Shown here: positions 56,602-64,000 of the stretch, one piece after another
Layout: every line of letters starts with the position of its first letter
Numbering within the stretch: position 1 is the first letter of the stretch
Source of the DNA: a virus
Direction: 5' to 3' (one strand)
IMG/VR virus record: IMGVR_UViG_3300046007_007028
Coordinates: 8,440-72,439 of that record
DNA length: 64,000 bases
The notes under the pieces: generated by a model
Seen by the model: only the letters and a program-made list of their open reading frames with translations
Database searches by the model: none
What the model was told of the DNA's origin: nothing
Program-made: the position numbers and the translations under genes

Positions 56602-57201
56602 TTATTTCACGTTAGGGTTCTGGTCGGTTATCATATCCGCCGGCATTCCCATCCGGATTCGTAGTAATGGCACAACCCTTTCAAGGACCAAAAGCCCCTG
56701 AGATTCGGTAAGCGTTGTGGAATTAGCCACGGCAAGCGTTACCACCACCGACGGAAACTGAATCCGCTCAACGCAGGTTGGCAGAATAAGGATTTTCCCT
56801 GCCAAAATGGCGTAAGAAGGTTTGTCCAAAAATTCAAGCAACGACCCACCTTTAAGCAATTCATACTTGTCGTAACCCATTAGTGGTAAAGTATTTCCAG
56901 CCGCCTGTACTTTGTGTACGCCCCGGTTCTTAGGAAGGGCAATATACGCTTCGGGCAAGACCGCTTGCTTTAATCCAAGGGTGGCGTTGTCGGTCAGGCT
57001 GATTTCGTATGGCACAAGCCACTGCCCCTGAACCTCCGACTGGTTCATTGCCTTGTAGTTCTCAAAGTATTCCTGACGGGCAACAACAGGCAGGGCCTCC
57101 CGGACCAAAGCCCGGACCTCACGCTTGTCGATACCCTCCACTGTCGGGCGACCCCCACTCACCATTAAAACCGCTTGGTCGGCAAGATATTCGATGGTCA
57201 T
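56602..57201 (-). CDS. Tail ring protein
   Basis: LP..YI.LP.NRG; C-terminal PADMITD. Confidence 0.6.
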   Translation of the reverse strand: MTIEYLADQAVLMVSGGRPTVEGIDKREVRALVREALPVVARQEYFENYKAMNQSEVQGQWLVPYEISLTDNATLGLKQAVLPEAYIALPKNRGVHKVQAAGNTLPLMGYDKYELLKGGSLLEFLDKPSYAILAGKILILPTCVERIQFPSVVVTLAVANSTTLTESQGLLVLERVVPLLRIRMGMPADMITDQNPNVK

Positions 57202-57896
57202 AGCTGCTGCTGTAATTGAGATTGTGAGCCCTGAATCAATACTCCGTTCTGCAAAGTAAATCCAAGATTCTGAATTGTAAGGAATACAAGGGCAGGAATC
57301 TTTTCAGGAGTCCATAACAGGTCCTGCGTCACGGTGATTGTCGGAATCGGACCACCGCTTTCTGTGAGGGTAAACTGGGGCTCCGGGGGCAAAATATACA
57401 CCGACGCCTCAACCCCCGTGTAGTCGCTTGGCAGCACCTCGAATTGCTGGTATTGCTCCGGGTCGGTTAAGCGCACAAATCGGGCGTATGGGAACTCGTC
57501 TTCGGGCGGCACAACCGCATTCTGGTTCATGGTGGCCCACTGATTCGGGGGTAGTATTTTGGCCCCGTAATACGGCCCGTCTGCCACGTATTGCACGTCA
57601 AGGTTCTCCACAATGTCCACCACCTGATCGGCAAGGCTGACAATAAGCGGGTTGCCAGTGAGGGGGATTATTTGAAACAATTCGGCAAGACTGTCGAGAG
57701 TTAATGTTGTTTCGCCGAAATTCAGGACGGCCTTTGGGCTGTTCTTTTGATATTGCGCCATGTTTCCACGGAACCTTTGGTATAGCTGTGTATTGGCAAG
57801 CGATATTGCGGTCTGCATTTCGGTTGTACTCCGGAAGTAGGCCCCAGCGTTGATTGCGTTATAGACATTGGTTATTACCGTTTCAAGGACTGCCAT
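57198..57896 (-). CDS. Tail ring/adaptor protein
   Basis: G.Y....E...A...A.; Y..PP.P. Confidence 0.6.
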   Translation of the reverse strand: MAVLETVITNVYNAINAGAYFRSTTEMQTAISLANTQLYQRFRGNMAQYQKNSPKAVLNFGETTLTLDSLAELFQIIPLTGNPLIVSLADQVVDIVENLDVQYVADGPYYGAKILPPNQWATMNQNAVVPPEDEFPYARFVRLTDPEQYQQFEVLPSDYTGVEASVYILPPEPQFTLTESGGPIPTITVTQDLLWTPEKIPALVFLTIQNLGFTLQNGVLIQGSQSQLQQQL

Positions 57897-57921
57897 GGCA
57901 AGCTAAATTTTTGCGAAAATA

Positions 57922-58587
57922 ATGAAAAATCACTGGATTGACCAACTAACACAAATTGACCACGGCGGCATTCAATATTTTATGCGCAAGGACAATTTTA
58001 TAGACAACCAATGCTTTCGGGAGTCTGTGCTTGAAGACCAATACCGCCTTTCAAGCCTTATCGGCAGAATAGACTACGTTATTGACATCGGGGCGTGTCA
58101 GGGCATCTTTGCCGTCAGGGCAAACGCCATCCTTAAATGCCCTGTCTATTCCTTTGAGCCGCACCCCGACAACTTCAAAATTCTTACCCTGAACGCAAAG
58201 GACAAGTATCCACAAGTTTACCCGTTTGAGGGGGCGTTTATGCCTCGTAATTCAGGGCAGAGGGGCTTTTTAACCAGCGACGGCCACGAAGCGGCAAATC
58301 ATTTGGCCGACGAGGGTATTCCCGTGTTGGGGTGGAATTGTGACGAAATCCTTTCCCTTGTACCCGGAGATGGGCGGTGTTTACTCAAAATGGACTTTGA
58401 GGGCGGGGAAGACCTTGCCATTCAGGACTTCCACTACTTCAACTACAAAACCCTTGATGTTGTTGGCGAGTGGCACCACGACCCTGAGCCCGTTAAACGT
58501 GCTTTACATCAATGGAATTTTCAAAACATTGAGGTTGAAGAAACAGGGGATATAACAGGACTATTTTTTGCAACAAAGAAGAGATGA
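57922..58587 (+). CDS. FkbM family methyltransferase
   Basis: VIDIGACQG, SFEPHPDNF, LLKMDFEGGE, VGEWH. Confidence 0.88.
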   Translation: MKNHWIDQLTQIDHGGIQYFMRKDNFIDNQCFRESVLEDQYRLSSLIGRIDYVIDIGACQGIFAVRANAILKCPVYSFEPHPDNFKILTLNAKDKYPQVYPFEGAFMPRNSGQRGFLTSDGHEAANHLADEGIPVLGWNCDEILSLVPGDGRCLLKMDFEGGEDLAIQDFHYFNYKTLDVVGEWHHDPEPVKRALHQWNFQNIEVEETGDITGLFFATKKR

Positions 58588-58877
58588 TAAATATTAACGG
58601 AATTGAACTCCTCGATTCGTGGGACGGGTCAAAGGAGAATGTAACGGTGGTGGTTAGCCCGCCGCAAAGAACCTATGCAAGCGCACCGGTTTTGCCAATT
58701 GACATTTACCCTGAATCCTATGAATCCTATGCCATTGCATTGTTTCGAGAGGACAGGGCAATTTCAAAGCCATACGCTTTAATTGCTTATGAAAGCCAAC
58801 GAGACGAAAAGCTGAATGCGTTATTTGAAGATTTAAAAAGAGTATTCGGCCCCGACCTTAAAATTGTAATTCAATGA
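58584..58877 (+). CDS. Hypothetical protein
   Basis: Coupled ORF in cassette. Confidence 0.65.
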   Translation: MININGIELLDSWDGSKENVTVVVSPPQRTYASAPVLPIDIYPESYESYAIALFREDRAISKPYALIAYESQRDEKLNALFEDLKRVFGPDLKIVIQ

Positions 58878-60526
58878 TCGAAATCAACAAAATCTATTGC
58901 CTCGAAGGCGACACCCACATAACCAACGACATCCGACGCACCGGAACGCTCAAATGGGACAAAACCTTTGAGAAGGTGCTACAACTCATTGGGCGGGGAA
59001 ACGGGCGGGTTATGGTGGACGTAGGGGCTTACATCGGGGATAGCACCAAATGGTTTGAGGATGCAGGGTTTAAGTGCCATGCTTTTGAGCCCATGCCCGA
59101 TGCGTTTGAGTGCCTTGAAAAGAATGTACACCCCGATACCACCTGCTATAATTTGGCCGTCGGGAACGGTCAGACCTATGGCACCACAACGGAGTCCGAA
59201 GGAAATTTGGGCGGTCGCAGCCTAATCCTAAACGGTGGCGGCACGATTGCTCCTACCCTTGACTTCTTGTTCCCCGACGGCATTGACGTGCTTAAAATCG
59301 ACGCAGAGGGCTTTGAGCCTTTCATTCTCGAGGGGGCTGCCAACATCCTGAAAAAGAAGCCTATCATTATCATTGAAGTCAATGAAGAGGCTTTGGCACG
59401 GTTCGGGTTCGGGCCGCAGGATATTTTGAAGCATCTGGAGGGCTATGAATTTGAGGAGGTGTATCGGTATGGGCACGGTCAATTTGACTTGGTCTGCTTC
59501 CCGAAAATGACCTTTGCCATTGCCATGCCCGTCTGCAACCGCCCTGAGTACACCGACAAGGCGCTGAAGGCGATTTATGCCATGGAGGGGTGGGGCGGGA
59601 CAATTCATGCCCATATAGACCCTCAACCCGACGGGACAATCAATCAAGACGTTCTCGATGTTCTCAAAAAATACCAAGTAGGAATACGGGCCGCAAAGAC
59701 AAAACTCGGCTGCAACGGCAACGTAAAGGCCACCCTTGACCTCGCATGGGAATCAAGTCCCGACGTGGTTATCTGCATCGAAGACGACGTGGTGGTAACT
59801 CCCGACGCATTCAGGTACATCAAATGGGCCGCCCGACGCTACAAGCACGACCCCACTTACCGAACCATCGGGCTTTGGTCTCATAAGGACGGATGGAAGC
59901 CGTCTATGCCGTGGAATGACTTGGAAGCAACCAAAGTGATGGAGCAACCTGCCTTTTCTGTGTGGGGATGGGCTACATGGAAAGACCGCTGGCAGGAAAT
60001 ATCCGACAACTGGACCACTGGACCCGACGTTCACGACACCTCATGGGACGTAGTAATGCTTTCGCAGCTAAACGGCAGGAAAGAAGTGGTGCCATCCATT
60101 TCCAGAGCAAACAACATTGGAGCCCTCAACGGTACGCACCAAGGCGCAGTTCACCCGACGGTGCTGGCTTCCGGATTCGACACCTCCGGAGCGTATTGGG
60201 CCCCGATGCCAGACAAGGCGAAAAGAAAGGTCTTTGTGGTTATGGGGGCCTTCGGAGACATCTATATGATTGCCAAGCACGTCCCTCCCGGTTCCATCAT
60301 TGCCACATCTCCGCACTACGCTGACATTGTGTACGAACTCTTTCCCGACCTTGAAGTGTTTGAGGTGGAGGGCGACCGCAATAGCCTACCCAACGTGGCT
60401 GCCATGTGCGCATACAAGTACCCGACCTACGACATTATTGTCGCCCAACAGGACGGGCAGGGAACTGACGTGGTGAAACCGTACCGGTCGTATCAAAAAT
60501 TTCAAGAGGCAATGGCCCGTTCATAA
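58874..60526 (+). CDS. FkbM methyltransferase fused to GT-A glycosyltransferase, with GT9-like tail
   Basis: DVGAYIGD, FEP, KIDAEGFE; PVCNRPEY, IEDD, WGWATWKDRW, SWD; GAFGDI. Confidence 0.85.
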   Translation: MIEINKIYCLEGDTHITNDIRRTGTLKWDKTFEKVLQLIGRGNGRVMVDVGAYIGDSTKWFEDAGFKCHAFEPMPDAFECLEKNVHPDTTCYNLAVGNGQTYGTTTESEGNLGGRSLILNGGGTIAPTLDFLFPDGIDVLKIDAEGFEPFILEGAANILKKKPIIIIEVNEEALARFGFGPQDILKHLEGYEFEEVYRYGHGQFDLVCFPKMTFAIAMPVCNRPEYTDKALKAIYAMEGWGGTIHAHIDPQPDGTINQDVLDVLKKYQVGIRAAKTKLGCNGNVKATLDLAWESSPDVVICIEDDVVVTPDAFRYIKWAARRYKHDPTYRTIGLWSHKDGWKPSMPWNDLEATKVMEQPAFSVWGWATWKDRWQEISDNWTTGPDVHDTSWDVVMLSQLNGRKEVVPSISRANNIGALNGTHQGAVHPTVLASGFDTSGAYWAPMPDKAKRKVFVVMGAFGDIYMIAKHVPPGSIIATSPHYADIVYELFPDLEVFEVEGDRNSLPNVAAMCAYKYPTYDIIVAQQDGQGTDVVKPYRSYQKFQEAMARS

Positions 60527-60527
60527 A

Positions 60528-61565
60528 ATGCACAACTACAAAAAAGTCATCATCAATCTCGACGGGAACTCCAGTAAGATTCAGCATCGGGACATCGTCG
60601 AAAAGAACATTGCAGAGGCCCTGCTTGCCCTGCAAATCCCATACGAGTTCTACAAGTCAAAGCGCAAAGGATTTAAGGTGCTGATGGAGGACATGAACCA
60701 GCCGGATACGCTCTATATTTTGGCTGATTCGCTCCAATATCATTTCTGCGAGCAGCCGCATATTGTCATTTGCCGGTCAATTCCGTGGGTACAATCTTCC
60801 GTAAAGCCGTCCACCATTGGCCGCCTGACTAACGAGATGCTATTGCAGGACCCGACCGAACTCATCGCAACCATCGCAAGAAACAAGGTGATGCGCCAAG
60901 AAAACGACGCCCCTGATTGCCGGACCTATCTGCTTTTCAACGACTATGCCGAAACCACTTCTGACTCCTTCGGGCGTAACGGCGGGGCGGCAATGTCGTG
61001 GATGGTTTGCGGGATAAACGACATCCACCTTGAGTTCTTGCCATACGAAGAGGAGGGAAGGCCGTTTGTCAATGAAATGCTAAAGCTTGGCATTGAAAGG
61101 TGTAAGCACCCCGACGACATTCTGATTCTGACGAATCGTGACGTGTGTCTTATCCCTGAAGCAACGGGGCTCATAAGAGCGTTCATGGACAACCGCAATA
61201 TCGACGCCTGCTTTGCGCAGAGGGTGGATGTGCAGTATTCAAAGCCCCTGACCTTTACGGACCTGATGGGTAAGCCTCAGTATTCAGGGATTGACGTTTT
61301 CTGCTTTCGGCCCTCCTACCACAAGCTACCTGAATTGCTCAGTGTGAATCTATTGCTTGGCTTTGAGGGATGGGATAATCTGTATGCCAACATTATTCAA
61401 TGCCGCCTACCTTTTTCGTGCGCCTACCACTGGCCCCATATTGGCGGCTGGCAAACAGACAACAACGAAGGGAATATGTTCAACAGGCAGCAAATAGCGG
61501 CCCATGATTCAAATGTGATTGTGGACGGGATGAACGGGATGGTTTGGTACAAAAGAAAGCATTGA
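60528..61565 (+). CDS. Glycosyltransferase-like protein
   Basis: N-terminal ADS..YH (GT9-like) and C-terminal LTNRD, G.DVF.F, G..GWD (GT-A-like). Confidence 0.6.
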   Translation: MHNYKKVIINLDGNSSKIQHRDIVEKNIAEALLALQIPYEFYKSKRKGFKVLMEDMNQPDTLYILADSLQYHFCEQPHIVICRSIPWVQSSVKPSTIGRLTNEMLLQDPTELIATIARNKVMRQENDAPDCRTYLLFNDYAETTSDSFGRNGGAAMSWMVCGINDIHLEFLPYEEEGRPFVNEMLKLGIERCKHPDDILILTNRDVCLIPEATGLIRAFMDNRNIDACFAQRVDVQYSKPLTFTDLMGKPQYSGIDVFCFRPSYHKLPELLSVNLLLGFEGWDNLYANIIQCRLPFSCAYHWPHIGGWQTDNNEGNMFNRQQIAAHDSNVIVDGMNGMVWYKRKH

Positions 61566-61589
61566 GGCCCCCGAAGAGGCCCCAATTCC

Positions 61590-61835
61590 TTACGCCTGAA
61601 TTGCACCAAATGCAGACCGGACGCTGGCAACAGACAACTTCACCGTAGTATTGTTAGCCGCCAAAGTGGCAGCGCCATACATAAAGGTGGAAGAAGCTGT
61701 GGTTCCAGGAACGGAAGCAAGCGTTGGCCAGTTGATAAAATCGCTGTCGAATGTTACCAACTGCGACCCCGGCGAGCCGAGGGGCTTCCCAGATGAAGGC
61801 ACCTGAGTAGCAACCATTGTTCTTAAAAGTCCCAT
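61590..61835 (-). CDS. Small structural-like protein
   Basis: MGLLRTMV...; TAACTTTG box at about 61869-61876. Confidence 0.55.
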   Translation of the reverse strand: MGLLRTMVATQVPSSGKPLGSPGSQLVTFDSDFINWPTLASVPGTTASSTFMYGAATLAANNTTVKLSVASVRSAFGAIQA

Positions 61836-61873
61836 TTCAGTAAGACGGATTGTTTTTGCCCGTCGGGACAAAG

Positions 61874-64000
61874 TTATGCAATTCTCCGATAAAAGAATCC
61901 CTCCCGACTCCAGTTTTTTGACCGCACCTGGCCGTCCTGCTGCTGCTGAACGTACCACTTTGCGTTCCCGTAGTCGTTAATATTATATTCTGCCGTACTC
62001 AGCATAAGCCTTGACATGGCGCCGTCGGACTTTTCCCGGTCAATCAGGTTGAAGTTCATGTCGTCCTGTATCGCCTGCTTGAAAGGGTAGCGGATAGGCT
62101 GCTCGACAATATTGTATGAAAACTCCTTCAGGTACACGCTGTCGCCCCGCAGAAACGAATTGTGGTATTCACAGGCGTCGCCAATACTTCCGTTCTTAGT
62201 CTGCTCACTGCTCCCAGTGAAAATCCCGATTTCCTGATTTTCCTTTTTGTTTTCAAACCCCAATATCTCAAACTTCTTGAGCATGAACCCAATAAGGCCA
62301 TGTTCAATCATATACTTCTCAAAGGCCGCACTCCGGTTGTTTTCAAGGGATATGGGCATGGAGTAATATTGGGCAATAAGGGCCATTTGCTCAAAGTCCC
62401 AATTCGGGTTCTGAGGGTCGTTTTGCCTGTTGACAAATTCAAGGAAAAAGCACGGGGTAGGCAGATAGTCGGGCAAGGTCATTCCCGTTTCCTCAATGTG
62501 ACGAATATTGGCCCGCTCGTATGCCTCGTTGAAATAAAGCTTGCCCGATGCCCCCTGCTTTGACCCTTCCTGCTTCACCTCTGTCTTAGCGTAGGGGTCA
62601 AGGCCAAGGATGCCCAGCTTGTGGTTGAGCGGAATGAGTACGTTGTTCTTGGCTCCGAACTTACCGATGGTATGCGCTGGCGGCTCCCAGGTCCTGAACA
62701 CCGGACCCTTGGAGTCATCCACCCATACGGGCAGGCGGCAGTTCTTCTTGTCCAATGCCTTGAAATATCCGGCCTTGATGCGGCCCTGAACCTCCGGAAC
62801 GTCTACCGCTGAAAGCAAGTCGCTTAGGATGTTCACGTCGAACGGGCAGAACGGGTTGAGGCTGGAAAATACATCGTATATGGTGAATGGGTTCTGACGC
62901 CGCTCCTCCATCCACAAAGACTCTCTTTGCTTCTTTTTCTGTTCGGCATCAAGTTCCAGCTTCCTTTTGGCCCCCATCCGGACAAGGGGAATCCCCTCGG
63001 AGTCCTCCAGATGCCGGTGATTGGCCTGCATATGCTCCCATTGCTCGTCTGTCGGGTCGTCGATAATGTCCTCTCCATACGGACCAATGAATCCAGGCTG
63101 TCCGATATAGGACGGCAAAAACAGGTTGCGAAGCTTGTTTGAGGTGTACAGGTATTTGCCTTCTTCAGTGGTGGCAAGGTCAGCGTCGAAAAAGAACTTT
63201 TTGTAGTTCTTGCCTCCCTTTTCAATCTTGTTTGAGGTGGATGGCAAAAAGGCAAATCCGGTCTTGCGACCCATGTTGGTCATGGTCTTTTCCTGAATTG
63301 ACCACCACTCAGTGATGTCAAAGCGAATCACCTTACCAATCTCATCCTGACCAATCATGTTCATCTCGTCCCCGTCAAAGCCCATCTCGGTGGACGTTTC
63401 AAGGCGGATGAGGGAGTTAAGGGCCTCAGATTCTTTGCCCTTGCGCATGATGTGGTGGCTTTCGGTAAAGCTGATGCTATCCTTGGTCACCTCCATGGTG
63501 TAGCGCATCCACTTGGGAAGCTTTTGAATCGGAATAACAAGGAACTTGCGGAAGTTGGCACGGGACAGCTTTTCATCCGTTGAGGACAAACCGCAGTTTT
63601 GTTCTTCCCTGAGCGTTGCAAACCAGTAGGCGAGAAAGTGCTGAAACATGGTGGCCGAAAGCCGGCGTCCCTTAGCGTAAATCACCCCGTACTCCCGCCA
63701 GAACTTGTAGCAATTCCAGCAATAAAGCATCACAAGGCGGTCCCTGTTCCGGTACTCTGGGAACCCGTCTTTGGTCTGCACCTTGGGCCTCCAGTACGTC
63801 AGGATGTTGTATTGCCAAGGCGTTATCCACGTCAGGTATTTGCCCTGAATGAAAAACCAATAGCCGTCACGGTAGTTGCGGTCATCCTCCTGAATAATGA
63901 AGTCGGCCTGAGATTTAGTCGGTGCCTTGGGGTCCACGCCCTTCATGAAGGCGGGTTCGGGCGTTCTCTGAAATTTAGACTTGGGGTCCCCGTAGCCGGG
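61874..64000 (-). CDS. terL: Terminase large subunit (5' end outside window)
   Basis: KGRRLSAT Walker A variant, QDEIG Walker B, GLDPY, ENN, KSDG nuclease motifs; frame open to window end. Confidence 0.88.
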   Translation of the reverse strand, partial: PGYGDPKSKFQRTPEPAFMKGVDPKAPTKSQADFIIQEDDRNYRDGYWFFIQGKYLTWITPWQYNILTYWRPKVQTKDGFPEYRNRDRLVMLYCWNCYKFWREYGVIYAKGRRLSATMFQHFLAYWFATLREEQNCGLSSTDEKLSRANFRKFLVIPIQKLPKWMRYTMEVTKDSISFTESHHIMRKGKESEALNSLIRLETSTEMGFDGDEMNMIGQDEIGKVIRFDITEWWSIQEKTMTNMGRKTGFAFLPSTSNKIEKGGKNYKKFFFDADLATTEEGKYLYTSNKLRNLFLPSYIGQPGFIGPYGEDIIDDPTDEQWEHMQANHRHLEDSEGIPLVRMGAKRKLELDAEQKKKQRESLWMEERRQNPFTIYDVFSSLNPFCPFDVNILSDLLSAVDVPEVQGRIKAGYFKALDKKNCRLPVWVDDSKGPVFRTWEPPAHTIGKFGAKNNVLIPLNHKLGILGLDPYAKTEVKQEGSKQGASGKLYFNEAYERANIRHIEETGMTLPDYLPTPCFFLEFVNRQNDPQNPNWDFEQMALIAQYYSMPISLENNRSAAFEKYMIEHGLIGFMLKKFEILGFENKKENQEIGIFTGSSEQTKNGSIGDACEYHNSFLRGDSVYLKEFSYNIVEQPIRYPFKQAIQDDMNFNLIDREKSDGAMSRLMLSTAEYNINDYGNAKWYVQQQQDGQVRSKNWSREGFFYRRIA

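Noticed and set aside
1-64000. Alternative genetic code, DGR or integrase/lysogeny module
   Set aside because: Long genes are intact in code 11 and all three stop codons are used; no reverse transcriptase, TR/VR pair or integrase seen

Overview
A 64-kb portion of a tailed dsDNA phage genome. The host is almost certainly Bacteroidota: TAnnTTTG -7 promoter boxes precede many genes, and starts are A-rich without Shine-Dalgarno motifs. Layout: (1) 1-9.0 kb, minus strand: replication/recombination module (SSB, short beta-clamp-like protein, DUF1064, NUMOD4-HNH, NinB-like, PD-(D/E)xK nuclease, VirE_N/PriCT primase-DnaB helicase, HTH initiator with an internal iteron array, Cro-like, RepL-like). (2) 9.05-10.3 kb: non-coding, repeat-rich, strand-skewed divergence region. 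(3) 10.3-24.7 kb, plus strand: many small early genes, Sak4-like ATPase, Gp157, two LytTR-like proteins, a lipoprotein metallopeptidase and an attC-like cassette. (4) 24.7-27.4 kb: lysis genes interleaved with plus-strand genes. (5) 27.3-64 kb, minus strand: podovirus-type virion module resembling crAss-like organisation (tail fibres, capsid, scaffold, portal, muzzle, large cargo proteins, three ring proteins, terminase), interrupted by a ferritin gene and an inverted FkbM-methyltransferase/glycosyltransferase cassette. The most striking signals are regulatory: (a) a promoter class with 21-bp-period direct repeats about 30 bp upstream of the -7 box, matching LytTR site geometry, in a genome encoding two stand-alone LytTR-like proteins; (b) three promoter-proximal kissing-loop leaders with different but internally complementary 7-nt loops; (c) a ~470-nt structured RNA upstream of a LytTR gene; (d) a stand-alone ~130-nt ncRNA. 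All functional calls come from motif recognition by eye; no database search was run.
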